Positions 17,658 through 27,225 of a stretch of DNA of 64,000 bases are shown here, one piece after another. The notes under the pieces are model-generated. The model was not told where the DNA came from. It did no database searches and worked only from the letters and a program-made list of their open reading frames with translations. Source of the DNA: an uncultured Gammaproteobacteria bacterium (GTDB lineage: Bacteria > Patescibacteriota > Microgenomatia > Levybacterales > UBA12049); the NCBI GenBank assembly GCA_964391315.1, contig CAYMJR010000001.1, positions 69,949 through 133,948 of the forward strand, read 5' to 3'. The position numbers and the translations under genes are program-made. The first letter of the stretch is position 1, and the number at the start of each line of letters is the position of its first letter.

Positions 17658-17986
17658 CCAAGCTTTGCAGTTTTTGTTATTGGTCCCATGACATGGATAT
17701 GCAGATGGTCAATAATCTGTGCTCCACCGCCATTAATGACAATTCTATATCCTTTATCTTCCAAGCCCTCTTTCTTAATCATCTTTTGAACAACAGTAAA
17801 TAATTTTTGAAACAGTTCAGGAGAATCAACAGCTACGAGTTCTGAAACATGTTTTTTAGGAATTACTAACAAATGAATTGGTTTTACCGGACTAATGTCT
17901 GGAAAAACAACAATATCATCATCCTCATAAGTAAACTCTTTTGGAATTTCCTTGTTAGCAATTTTACAAAAAATACAATTATCCAT
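17654..17986 (-). CDS. HIT-family nucleotide hydrolase
   Basis: 110 aa. CIFCKI N-terminus and histidine triad HLHIHVMG. Confidence 0.9.
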   Translation of the reverse strand: MDNCIFCKIANKEIPKEFTYEDDDIVVFPDISPVKPIHLLVIPKKHVSELVAVDSPELFQKLFTVVQKMIKKEGLEDKGYRIVINGGGAQIIDHLHIHVMGPITKTAKLG

Positions 17987-17991
17987 AGTTC

Positions 17992-18897
17992 CTAAATTTT
18001 TTCAACCACTTTTATAATTTCATTTAATGAAAGTTTGGTTGGTATCATCTTTGGATTTTTCGGAGTACCATTCAAAAGCATTTTCTTTGAAACATGCAAA
18101 AACCATGTCGCATTGGGATCTATTTTTTTCAATTGTTCATATACCAATGTCAACTCTGCTCCTTTTTTTCCATCCTGATCTGGGAGTGTTTTGATCCGCA
18201 CATATCCCTTCCGTGGATCTTTACGGATAACAAGAACATATCCCATTTTTTGTGCTAATTTTAGAACTGTGTCGTTAAGTGTTTCAAATCCCATGCCAGG
18301 CCCAAAACGTGTGTCAAATTTGATTCCTTTTTCATTAATTTCTTTTTCAGCCCAGATACGATTTTCAAATTCTGCAACCATTGCTTCAAGACATTGGGTA
18401 CCAAACTCTACATAATAATCATCTTGATTTTGTTTTACCTGTTTTAATCCTTCCATCAGACCAAGTAAGGTAAATTCATGATAATCAGCTGCCGGATCTG
18501 CCCAAAAAACCTCTTTAAAATGATCAGTATCAACAACAAACCGTACGACCCGGGAGACTGCTTCCATATGAATATCAGTGAGATGCTCTCCTGCTTTATG
18601 TATCACTTCCTGCACAAAATCCCAAGTAAGCGACGCTGCAGAAACATTACGGTCTTGGGTCTGATGATGATCGAGTGGACCAAGTCCTGTATCAACATGA
18701 ATTACTTCATCTTCCCCAATTTTTTCAATTGGATCTGATATTCCTGACTGTGGATCGAATTTACTTTCAGGTAGTCTTTGTCCTGCAGGAACAAATTTAA
18801 CTCTGGCTTGCTGCCAACCAGGAAGATATTTTTTGATCAACCAAACAGAAGTAATCGCATCCCAGTCAGGTGAAATATGAGTAACAACGACCTTCAT
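17992..18897 (-). CDS. DHH-family phosphoesterase-like protein
   Basis: ATG at 18897 (MKVVVTHISPDWDAITS...) chosen. The 60-codon upstream extension in the track looks non-coding. DHH motif present in GPLDHHQT. Confidence 0.6.
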   Translation of the reverse strand: MKVVVTHISPDWDAITSVWLIKKYLPGWQQARVKFVPAGQRLPESKFDPQSGISDPIEKIGEDEVIHVDTGLGPLDHHQTQDRNVSAASLTWDFVQEVIHKAGEHLTDIHMEAVSRVVRFVVDTDHFKEVFWADPAADYHEFTLLGLMEGLKQVKQNQDDYYVEFGTQCLEAMVAEFENRIWAEKEINEKGIKFDTRFGPGMGFETLNDTVLKLAQKMGYVLVIRKDPRKGYVRIKTLPDQDGKKGAELTLVYEQLKKIDPNATWFLHVSKKMLLNGTPKNPKMIPTKLSLNEIIKVVEKI

Positions 18898-19015
18898 ATG
18901 GGGTAAGTATAGCGCACTTTGAAACAAAATCATAGTTTCGAAATATGATCTCAAAACTTGACAAAAAATGTAAAATACAGGATCATAAAGATAGCCAATA
19001 AAGTTGGTCTGCCCT

Positions 19016-19423
19016 ATGGATCCACAAACCGCAAACAACATTGATCCAAAATTACAAGCGACGTATGACCGTGTCATGGGTACAAGCGCACAATCTCCTG
19101 CTGGACAACCTGCTGCTGCTCCGGGTGCACCTGCACCTGCGCCTGCTGGACAACCTGCTGCTGCTGCTGCTCCTTCAGATCAAGCAGCAAATCCAGCTGC
19201 ACAAGGATTACCAACACCATCCTATGCTGCAGACACATTAAGTTTTCAAGCAGCTATCCAACAACCTGCTGCTAATCCTGCAGCGGCCCCTCTTGCCATA
19301 CCACAACAACAACCTTCCTCGCTTCTCAGAATTCTTTATATTATTGGAGGAATTGTTTTTTTTGTGGTGTATACAATTGTGTGGATCAAAATTTTTAATC
19401 TCCCGCTTCCCTTTTCCTTCTAA
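19016..19423 (+). CDS. Hypothetical P/A-rich, C-terminally membrane-anchored protein
   Basis: ATG at 19016. AGQPAAA repeats: the DNA repeat cctgctggacaacctgctgctgct occurs twice. C-terminal hydrophobic helix LRILYIIGGIVFFVVYTIVWI. Confidence 0.5.
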   Translation: MDPQTANNIDPKLQATYDRVMGTSAQSPAGQPAAAPGAPAPAPAGQPAAAAAPSDQAANPAAQGLPTPSYAADTLSFQAAIQQPAANPAAAPLAIPQQQPSSLLRILYIIGGIVFFVVYTIVWIKIFNLPLPFSF

Positions 19424-19452
19424 TACACAAGCCTGAAACAATTGAGGTAACG

Positions 19453-21132
19453 TTATCGTAAACGTTTGAGGACTTCATCAAAAGAAAGCAATTCAGTTTC
19501 AGACTTTGCTCGCTCTTTCCATTCGATTTTGTCTCCTGTTTTTTGAGAAATAACCAACCGGACAGGAATACCAATCAAATCTGCATCTGCAAATTTTGCA
19601 CCGGCACCGACATCTTCACGGTCGTCAAATAAAACTTCAATACCAGCTTCTTCCAATTTTTTATGGATTTCTTCTGCCTTTTCGTTCTCACGAAGTGAAA
19701 CAAGATGGACATCATAGGGCGCAATAACTTTCGGCCACGTAATTCCTTTTTCATCATGATATTGTTCAACAACAGTTGTCAGTGTCCGCGCAAGACCAAA
19801 TCCATAGCAACCCATGTAGTATGGTTGTTGTTTGCCGCTCTCGTCAGTAAACATCGCATCTTTCATACGGGTTGAATAATGGAATCCTAGTTGGAAAATA
19901 TTTCCAACTTCAATGCCACGTTTTTCAATAAGAGGCTGTCCATTTTCTGCAATATATCCAGCTTTTGCAAGTGCAATATCATAAAATTCAGATGGCTCTT
20001 CGAGGTCACGACCGAAATTAACATTGATCGAATGATAATTTGTTTTGTTAGCACCCATCTCAAAATTTTTTCTTCCTTTCAAAGAAATATCCATAAAGAT
20101 TCTGACCTCTTTTGGTAAATTAAGGAGTCCTGCGTAACCAACTTCTGCTCCTGTTACTCGTTTTACTGTTTCTGCAGATGCTAGCTGCAATCGATGTACT
20201 TTTGCTACATGCATTAATTTTGTCTCATTAATATCATAACCTCCCTGTACTGCTGCAGCGATAACGTTGCCATTTTCATCTTCAAAAAGAATTGTTTTTG
20301 TTGTCTTTTCAACTGGAATATTTAAAAACTTTGCTAATTCTTCAACTCCGATAATGCCTACCCCTTCAACGTCTTCTCTTGGTTTTTCATTTTCCGTTTC
20401 CTGAGTTTCTCCTCTTTTGAACTTAGTAACTTCTTCATGAGCAGCATATGAGCCATCCTCAGTTGTAAAAAACTTTGATTCTCCTGCTTCGTGTTCGACA
20501 ACAAACTCATGACAATAGTCTCCACCAATATAGCCATTATCCGATTCAACAACAATTGCCTTAAGACCTAAACGTTCACAAATCTTAGCGTAGGTATTCC
20601 ACATGCTTTTATATTCTTTTTTGAAATCTTCTTCTGTTGCATGGAAAGAGTATGCATCTTTCATGACGAATTCTCGCAAACGTAACAAACCACCCCGGGC
20701 ACGCATTTCATCACGGAATTTTGTAGAAAATTGATAGAGATTGAATGGCAAATCTTTGTAACTCAGTTGGAATTTCCGTACCAAATCAACAAGCATTTCC
20801 TCAGCAGTTCCACCAAGAACAAACTCAAAATCATTGCGGTCTTTAATACTCATCAACTCAAATCCGACAGAGCTGGTACGGTTGGTTTCTTCCCAAAGAG
20901 ATTTAGGATGTAATGTTGGGGTGATAATTTCCTGACCACCTGCGCGGTCCATTTCTTCTTTGACAACTTTTCTAATCTTATCTTGCACGCGGATACCAAG
21001 TGGCAATAAATAGTATCGTCCTGCTGTACTTTCGCGGATAAAACCTGCTTGATAAAGCAATTTATGTGATGCAAGAGATGCATCTTTTGGCGTATCTTTA
21101 ATTGTTTTTCCAAATAATTTCGAATATTTCAT
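19453..21132 (-). CDS. proS: Proline--tRNA ligase
   Basis: 559 aa. Class II motifs (FRDEMRARGGLLRLREF, GCYGFGLARTL), an editing-domain insertion and a C-terminal anticodon-binding region. Confidence 0.95.
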   Translation of the reverse strand: MKYSKLFGKTIKDTPKDASLASHKLLYQAGFIRESTAGRYYLLPLGIRVQDKIRKVVKEEMDRAGGQEIITPTLHPKSLWEETNRTSSVGFELMSIKDRNDFEFVLGGTAEEMLVDLVRKFQLSYKDLPFNLYQFSTKFRDEMRARGGLLRLREFVMKDAYSFHATEEDFKKEYKSMWNTYAKICERLGLKAIVVESDNGYIGGDYCHEFVVEHEAGESKFFTTEDGSYAAHEEVTKFKRGETQETENEKPREDVEGVGIIGVEELAKFLNIPVEKTTKTILFEDENGNVIAAAVQGGYDINETKLMHVAKVHRLQLASAETVKRVTGAEVGYAGLLNLPKEVRIFMDISLKGRKNFEMGANKTNYHSINVNFGRDLEEPSEFYDIALAKAGYIAENGQPLIEKRGIEVGNIFQLGFHYSTRMKDAMFTDESGKQQPYYMGCYGFGLARTLTTVVEQYHDEKGITWPKVIAPYDVHLVSLRENEKAEEIHKKLEEAGIEVLFDDREDVGAGAKFADADLIGIPVRLVISQKTGDKIEWKERAKSETELLSFDEVLKRLR

Positions 21133-21153
21133 TAGTGTAAGTATATCATTTTT

Positions 21154-22176
21154 TTACTCGATTGCTGAGTATAAATTTTTTGGATCTTTCAAAACAGGAA
21201 TCATATCTAGATCTTTCCCAACGGCATATTTTTCCGCGAGTTCATAGACAAGTCTGAGAATCGAATAATCTTCCAAAGCAATACCAACAGAATCAAATAA
21301 TGTTATTTCTCGACTATTTCTTCGTCCAACTTTTTTGCCGCTAATCACTTCTGATAATTCCGCAGCAACTGCTTTCTCTGCTTCTTTCCGCGTAAATCTC
21401 TGAATTTCTCCTTCAACAAATGATTGTTCAAAATACTCGACCATAATTCGTGACCTTCTAACAAGTTCAAAATCCAATTCAGTTTTGCCGACAGTGTCTC
21501 CGCCAAGGCCATTAATATGAACACCCTCTTTTATCCACTCATTTTTGACAACATTTGCATGCATTTTTGCAGCAATACAGACAGTAACAATATCTGCACC
21601 TCTCACTGTTTCCTCAGCATTGTTACATGGAACAAGTTTTAAAGGAGTATTTTTTAAATTCTTTTCAAACTTCATCATCGCCTTCTCATCAATGTCAAAA
21701 TATCGCACTTCTGTAATATCACGAACTAATTGTAACGCTCTGATCTGAAATTCACTTTGTGCTCCTGTCCCAATGATTGCTACAACATGCGAATTCTTTC
21801 TTGCCATAAGATCTGTCGCCAACGCAGCTGTCGCAGCTGTACGAAGCGCTGTCAGAATCGTCATCTCGCTATACAACAATGGATAACCAGTATCAATTCG
21901 TGATAACTGTCCTGTTGCCACAACTGTTAATTCTCCTTTTTTTGTATTTGCAGGATGGCAGTTCACATATTTATAGGTGTAATATTGCTCATTATCGCAA
22001 ATCGGCATGAGTTCCAAAACACCTCCAGGAACATGCATACAAGGACGAGGCATTTTGTTGAACTGATCGAAACGATTAAAATCTCTTTTTAGTGCATTCA
22101 TTAAATCACGCAAAAATGCGTTCAATCCGTGACGCTTTAAAAGTTTTGTTACTGATGCAACTGTCATTATTTTCAT
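21154..22176 (-). CDS. Ornithine cyclodeaminase / mu-crystallin family protein
   Basis: 340 aa. Rossmann segment VAIIGTGAQSEFQ and family-typical TALRTAATAALAT. 21 nt upstream of proS. Confidence 0.8.
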   Translation of the reverse strand: MKIMTVASVTKLLKRHGLNAFLRDLMNALKRDFNRFDQFNKMPRPCMHVPGGVLELMPICDNEQYYTYKYVNCHPANTKKGELTVVATGQLSRIDTGYPLLYSEMTILTALRTAATAALATDLMARKNSHVVAIIGTGAQSEFQIRALQLVRDITEVRYFDIDEKAMMKFEKNLKNTPLKLVPCNNAEETVRGADIVTVCIAAKMHANVVKNEWIKEGVHINGLGGDTVGKTELDFELVRRSRIMVEYFEQSFVEGEIQRFTRKEAEKAVAAELSEVISGKKVGRRNSREITLFDSVGIALEDYSILRLVYELAEKYAVGKDLDMIPVLKDPKNLYSAIE

Positions 22177-22191
22177 AGTTTATTTTCCATT

Positions 22192-22470
22192 AAAAAAGCC
22201 CTTGTAAATCACCAAGAAAAACTTGGAAACTTACAAGGGCGTTTGATCGCTGTACCACCTTGCTTCTCCCGACTGAGTCAGGACTCTTTGTAAATGCTTT
22301 GTCGAAACAACACATTCTGGATGGATTTTACGGTGTCCTTCCGTACTGCTTATCACAGTCTACGCCCTTCTCAACAACTGTAACTTTTGTCCTGAGTTTG
22401 CCGAAGAATTGTCTGGTAGGAATCCAGACTTTTCACCTAACCAAAAATCGGTGAACGCTTTGTATCAATT
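22192..22470 (-). promoter_or_regulatory. T-box riboswitch leader with antiterminator/terminator switch
   Basis: Minus-strand RNA carries the T-box sequence AGCAAGGUGGUACAGCG. Antiterminator: CAAGG-[UGGUACA bulge]-GCG-AUCAAA-CGC-CCUUG (22262-22234). Competing terminator: GCCCUUGUAA (22240-22231) pairs with UUACAAGGGC (22207-22198), then U6. Stem III-like hairpin CCUGAC-UCA-GUCGGG lies just upstream. Confidence 0.85.
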
Positions 22471-22476
22471 AACCGC

Positions 22477-22505
22477 AGTATACAGAAACCACTAAGTATT
22501 GTCAA
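22477..22505 (-). promoter_or_regulatory. Promoter of the T-box leader (TTGACA-N17-TATACT)
   Basis: Minus strand: -35 at 22505-22500, overlapping the gnd stop codon. -10 at 22482-22477. Confidence 0.6.
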
Positions 22506-23422
22506 TGTTGCTTTTCTGTATGACCACCAAATGCAAGGCGTAAGGCCTGGACCATTTTTGCGGCAAATGATTTTTGGATTTTCTCATCTTCAAGTGACTC
22601 ACGACGGATCTCATTTGATCTTCGGATAACATCAATAAACAAATTATTTTTTTCTGCTTCTTCAAGTGTCCAGACAGTCTCACCTGATGCAGTACCAATC
22701 ACACCTGAAAACTTTTCAAGTTTCGGATCATTTTCAAGAGCCTCAATTGTTCGTTCCATCATAAAGCCTGAGATGAGTGAGTTTCTTTGATACAACTTAG
22801 CAACCTTTAACAAATCAAAATTGTATTGTGCTTTTTCCAAAACACCAAATCCTTCTCCAATTCCCTGCATGTATGCATACTCAATTGCGTTGTGAACCAT
22901 TTTGACGTAATGCCCTGCGCCACCTGTTCCGAAGTAGTCATGGCCTCCATGTGGCTTTGCAAGGGTATCCAAAATTGGTGTGACGTGCTCGTAAGCACTT
23001 TTGTCTCCACCTACCATCAAAGGATATCCTTGCACGCCTGCAATTACTCCCCCTGAAACACCAATGCCAAGAAAACGGATTCCCTGATCGCGAAGTCTCT
23101 TATAACGGTTTTCCGTATCGGTAAATTTACTATTTGCTCCATCAATAATAATGTCGTCTTTGTCGACGAGTTTTTCAACTTCTGTTAAAATTTCCTCAGT
23201 TGCATCCCCTGCTGGAAGCATTAACCAGATAACTCGTGGCTTGTTCAAACTATTTACTAATTCTTCAATCGATCCCGCAGGTTTGACATTTGAGATTTGA
23301 GTTTTGAGTTTTTCAACTGGCTCAGGTGAGCGGTTCCAAACCCCGACATCATGCCCTTCTTTCAAAAGCTTTGAGGCAATCCGACTTCCCATTTTGCCAA
23401 GTCCAATAAGTCCAATCTGCAT
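22502..23422 (-). CDS. gnd: 6-phosphogluconate dehydrogenase, decarboxylating (short form)
   Basis: MQIGLIGLGKMGSRIA NAD(P) fold and GGAGHYVKMVHNAIEY motif. ATG at 23422 overlaps the zwf TAA by 1 nt (TAATG). Confidence 0.85.
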   Translation of the reverse strand: MQIGLIGLGKMGSRIASKLLKEGHDVGVWNRSPEPVEKLKTQISNVKPAGSIEELVNSLNKPRVIWLMLPAGDATEEILTEVEKLVDKDDIIIDGANSKFTDTENRYKRLRDQGIRFLGIGVSGGVIAGVQGYPLMVGGDKSAYEHVTPILDTLAKPHGGHDYFGTGGAGHYVKMVHNAIEYAYMQGIGEGFGVLEKAQYNFDLLKVAKLYQRNSLISGFMMERTIEALENDPKLEKFSGVIGTASGETVWTLEEAEKNNLFIDVIRRSNEIRRESLEDEKIQKSFAAKMVQALRLAFGGHTEKQH

Positions 23423-24855
23423 TACAACCACTTCCTCCCATCTTTTGCAAGTAAGGCATCTGCTTCCTCTGGTCCCCAGGTCCCTGGTTTATATGACAAC
23501 ACGTTTGCCTGTGAGTCTTTTTCCCAACTCTGTAAAATTGTTGAAATCAAGTGCCAGGAACTTTCAAGCTCATCAGAACGATTAAAAAGCATTTGATCTC
23601 CTGCCAGAATATCGAGAACCACTTTCTCATATGCGTCCATTCCATGACCACCAAACGCCTGTTCATAAGCAAAATTCATCGTAACAGTACCTAAAGCAAG
23701 TCTCGTAGCTGGTTTCTTGGCAACTACCCGAAGACTAATTCCTTCATCAGGTTGAATACGAATTGTCAGGACATTGCCAATTTCAGGACAACCTGCTTCT
23801 TTAAAAAGGATATGACAGGTCTGTTTAAAAACTACTTTAATATCCACAACATCTTCTGTCATACCTTTACCAGCACGCAAATAAAATGGCACCCCTTCGA
23901 ATCGTGGTGTATCAACATGTAACTTCATTGCCACATAGGTTTCAGTATCTGAATGAGGATCTACATCCTTTTCTGATGTATATCCTTCATACTGTCCACG
24001 CACAATTGACTCTGAAATTTCGTGAGGACTTAATGGCTTAATGGCTTTAATTGCAGCAACCCGTACGTCACGGACACTTTCCCGCTCAAAACTTCGCGGC
24101 TGTTCCATTGCAACCGTTGCAAGGAGTTGTAATAAATGATTTTGTCCAACATCACGCAGATTTCCTACACCATCAAAAAACTTCCCATGTCTGCCAATTC
24201 CCTTTTTCTCTGACAATGTTATTTGCACATGATCAATATGCTCCTTATTCCACATAGGCTCAAAAATACTGTTGGCAAAACGGAACACAATCATATTTTG
24301 CACAGTTTCTTTTCCTAAGTAATGATCAACACGGAAAATTTGTTTTTCCTCAAAAAGGTCTGCTAGTTTTTTATCAAGGTTTCTCGCTGTTTCAAGATCT
24401 TTTCCAAAAGGTTTTTCAATCGCAAGACGTGTCCATTTTTCTGATCCTTGTCCACAACCTTCTGACAATTTGGTCGATTTCATAAAATGCAAAATATTTT
24501 CATAGTTATTTGGAGGCGTTGCAAGATAGAACAAACGTGTGATACAGGCACCTATTTTGTCATCAAATATTTTTAATTTTGTAATTAATTCCTGATATCC
24601 TGCCTCTTCATCAAACATTCCTTGTTGATAATAAATATTACTACTAAATTCCTCCCATGCTTTATTACGATGTCCCAACTCATCTCCAAGCATTTGACGA
24701 TATGTTGCGTCCGTAAACGGCCTTCTGGCAAAACCAACAATAAAGAAATCTTCACCCAAAGCGCCTTGTTTATAGAGAGAAAAAAGTGCAGGAAGCAGTT
24801 TGTGTTGGGCGAGATCACCTGTAGCTCCAAAAATGACAATAACAAAAGGTCCCAT
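23422..24855 (-). CDS. zwf: Glucose-6-phosphate 1-dehydrogenase
   Basis: 477 aa. GATGDLA NADP motif and RVDHYLGKE active-site signature. Confidence 0.95.
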   Translation of the reverse strand: MGPFVIVIFGATGDLAQHKLLPALFSLYKQGALGEDFFIVGFARRPFTDATYRQMLGDELGHRNKAWEEFSSNIYYQQGMFDEEAGYQELITKLKIFDDKIGACITRLFYLATPPNNYENILHFMKSTKLSEGCGQGSEKWTRLAIEKPFGKDLETARNLDKKLADLFEEKQIFRVDHYLGKETVQNMIVFRFANSIFEPMWNKEHIDHVQITLSEKKGIGRHGKFFDGVGNLRDVGQNHLLQLLATVAMEQPRSFERESVRDVRVAAIKAIKPLSPHEISESIVRGQYEGYTSEKDVDPHSDTETYVAMKLHVDTPRFEGVPFYLRAGKGMTEDVVDIKVVFKQTCHILFKEAGCPEIGNVLTIRIQPDEGISLRVVAKKPATRLALGTVTMNFAYEQAFGGHGMDAYEKVVLDILAGDQMLFNRSDELESSWHLISTILQSWEKDSQANVLSYKPGTWGPEEADALLAKDGRKWL

Positions 24856-24859
24856 CTTT

Positions 24860-26041
24860 TTATTTAATGATAAATTGGCCGATATCCTTGATCGTCACAA
24901 GAAGAATCAAACCAATAAGAATCATCATCCCAATAGCATGGGCATATCCTTCGACTTTTTGATTCACCTTTTTCCGTGTCACTGCTTCAATAAGGATAAA
25001 GAAGAGGCGTCCTCCATCAAGCCCTGGAATTGGCAACACATTGAAGAACGCTAAGGAAATGGATAAAAGTCCTGCAAGATTAAGAAGCTGCAATATTCTC
25101 TCTCTCACGTTAGGAATATCAACAATTGTTCCGACAAGAGAAAAGATACCAACTGGTCCTGAAACACCTTCACTTAAAGGTTGCATTGTTTTTTGTTGGA
25201 CTGATACATGAACAAGACTTTTCATAACATAAAAGTTGTATACAAGGAGATTTGCGGGATGGACAATACCTGAAAGTGCCTTTTGCGCAGGCGTGTCATA
25301 GGATACTGCAATTGTTGACATTGGGAAAAATGCAACGCCGAGTGCTCCCTGATTTTTGGGAGGATTGACTCGAGGAGTGACAGTTGCATGAGAAATTTTC
25401 TTGGTACTATCATCTTGCCAGGTAATCACAATTGGTTTACCTTTATTGTCCTTGACTGTATTTGAAAATTCAGCAACGGAAGTAATATTTTCACCGTTAA
25501 CAGATAAAATATGTGAGAACTTTGTCAAACCAACCTTGCTTGCTGGTGAATTCGCAGCAACGTCACTGATCACAATATCGGTGCTCACTTTCTGATCTGC
25601 CATGAAAAAATGATAATCACCAATAAGCGGAAGCTCTGTTTTGAAATTGGAGATGAACATAAAAACGTAATAAATGGCGACAGCAAGAATAACATTCATG
25701 ACAACACCGGCAACAACTACTGCAGCTCTTTGTGCAACCGAACGACTGTAAAACGCCCGATGTTCATCGCCCTTTGCTTTATGCTCTTCTCCCTTTACCG
25801 GCGCAATGCGTCCTGCTCCTGCCTCATCTTCTCCGTAGAGCTTGACAAATCCGCCAATCGGCAGCCAATTCAGAGAATAAATTGTCTCGCCTTTTTTCCA
25901 TCCCCAGATACGCGGAGGCAAACCAAATCCAAACTCTTCAACTTTAATTCCGAACTTTTTTGCAGTGAAGTAATGACCTGCTTCGTGAATGAGAACTAAA
26001 ACAGAAAGAATGAGAAGAAAAACTAAGGCTGTTATTATCAT
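24860..26041 (-). CDS. rseP: RIP metalloprotease RseP (site-2 protease)
   Basis: 393 aa. HEAGHY zinc motif in TM1, central PDZ-like region, C-terminal NVLPIPGLDGG motif. Confidence 0.9.
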   Translation of the reverse strand: MIITALVFLLILSVLVLIHEAGHYFTAKKFGIKVEEFGFGLPPRIWGWKKGETIYSLNWLPIGGFVKLYGEDEAGAGRIAPVKGEEHKAKGDEHRAFYSRSVAQRAAVVVAGVVMNVILAVAIYYVFMFISNFKTELPLIGDYHFFMADQKVSTDIVISDVAANSPASKVGLTKFSHILSVNGENITSVAEFSNTVKDNKGKPIVITWQDDSTKKISHATVTPRVNPPKNQGALGVAFFPMSTIAVSYDTPAQKALSGIVHPANLLVYNFYVMKSLVHVSVQQKTMQPLSEGVSGPVGIFSLVGTIVDIPNVRERILQLLNLAGLLSISLAFFNVLPIPGLDGGRLFFILIEAVTRKKVNQKVEGYAHAIGMMILIGLILLVTIKDIGQFIIK

Positions 26042-26096
26042 CGGATTTGATTATACATGAAAGTATCAAAAGTACCAACTATGGTATTATGTACCA

Positions 26097-26666
26097 ATGA
26101 CACCAGTTGAGACTTTCAAATCTTTTGCATTACTTACTTTTCTTATTGGAGCAGTTGCTGGTTGTTATATGGTATGGAGCGGCCCAAGGGACAAAACAAA
26201 ATCAGTAAGCGCACACGCCGGAACTGCAAATAAAAAACTATATATTCTTTACGCACTAGCCTTTCTTATCTCAACCGTTCTCTTTTATCTCTTCTGTATG
26301 TTTTGGTTTATTCCTACATTACATCTTTCATTTGGATTCACCCTTTCTCTTCATGTAATGACAATCCTTTTAGTTCTGACTGCTTTCATTCCTCAGGCAG
26401 GCAAAAAGGTAAAATTACATGCCGTTGTTGCTTATGGTTTTGCGTTTTATATGATGTTGCTTCTCTTTTTTGTAGCACTATCTTCAAATATTTCTCTTAT
26501 TGGAAGAATATTTTCCAGCGGCGTCACCTTGTGGATGATTAGTATGTGGTATTTATTTTTCTTCTCTCGTTATAAAGCAAAAATAGCAGCGCGGTATCTT
26601 CTTTTCCAAAGTTCGTATATCATTCTCTTTTTTCTCTCAATCCTAGCGGCTACCTATCTTCGATAA
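26097..26666 (+). CDS. Hypothetical multi-pass membrane protein
   Basis: 189 aa, hydrophobic. -10-like TATTAT (26085-26090) lies 6 nt before the ATG. No SD sequence. Confidence 0.5.
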   Translation: MTPVETFKSFALLTFLIGAVAGCYMVWSGPRDKTKSVSAHAGTANKKLYILYALAFLISTVLFYLFCMFWFIPTLHLSFGFTLSLHVMTILLVLTAFIPQAGKKVKLHAVVAYGFAFYMMLLLFFVALSSNISLIGRIFSSGVTLWMISMWYLFFFSRYKAKIAARYLLFQSSYIILFFLSILAATYLR

Positions 26667-26673
26667 AATGAGG

Positions 26674-27225
26674 TTAGATTTGCATTAATTCTTGCTCTTT
26701 TTGTTCGCCGTAGCTATCAATCGTTTCCATCGTATCATCAACCAATTTTTGTACTTCCTTTTCAAGTCGTTTGATATCATCCTCGCGTCCTTCGAATTCT
26801 TTCTTGATATCATCCATTGCTTCATGACGGACTTGTCGTATCATAATGCGACCGTTTTCGAGTTTATGTTTCATTGCCTTGATAAGTTCCTCCCGGCGTT
26901 CTTGGGAAAGTGGTGGGATAGAAATACGGATGATGTTTCCATCAATAACTGGCGTAAATCCGGCATTTGCTGCTTCAATTCCCTTTTGGATTTCATTAAT
27001 AATTGAGCCGTCATATGGCGTAATGACAATTGTTTTGGCGTCAGTGATAGCAATTGTTGCCAGTTCCATAACTTTTAGTCTTGCTGTACCGCCGTAGGCA
27101 TTGATAACAATTCCTTCAACAAGTGCGGGGGTTGCGCGTCCAGTGCGGATGGTTGAAAGATCTCCTTTGAGGACATCGAGAACTTTCTCAATTCTTTTCT
27201 TCGTTTCTTGGGCTAGTGGATCCAT
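26674..27225 (-). CDS. frr: Ribosome recycling factor
   Basis: 183 aa. LSTIRTGRATPALV and IPPLSQERREEL motifs. Confidence 0.95.
   Translation of the reverse strand: MDPLAQETKKRIEKVLDVLKGDLSTIRTGRATPALVEGIVINAYGGTARLKVMELATIAITDAKTIVITPYDGSIINEIQKGIEAANAGFTPVIDGNIIRISIPPLSQERREELIKAMKHKLENGRIMIRQVRHEAMDDIKKEFEGREDDIKRLEKEVQKLVDDTMETIDSYGEQKEQELMQI

Noticed and set aside
18898-19077. The 60-codon N-terminal extension of the DHH-family ORF (track start 19077).
   Set aside because: The extension (MTRSYVACNFGSMLFAVCGS...) overlaps the divergent 19016 gene and its promoter region. The conserved DHH-type N-terminus begins at MKVVVTH (ATG at 18897).
22240-22490. My first reading of the gnd-ocd intergenic region was a minimal RNase P RNA. 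GUGAAAAGUCUGGAUUCC resembles GAGGAAAGUCCGGGCUCC, and ACCGUAAAAUCCAUCC resembles ACGGUAAACUCCACCC.
   Set aside because: The 3' part is an unmistakable T-box antiterminator/terminator (AAGGUGGUACAGCG with a 7-nt bulge and a competing terminator). The TTGACA-N17-TATACT promoter removes the proposed P1 strand from the transcript. The element sits directly upstream of ocd-proS. The RNase P-like matches are short and explained by hairpins.
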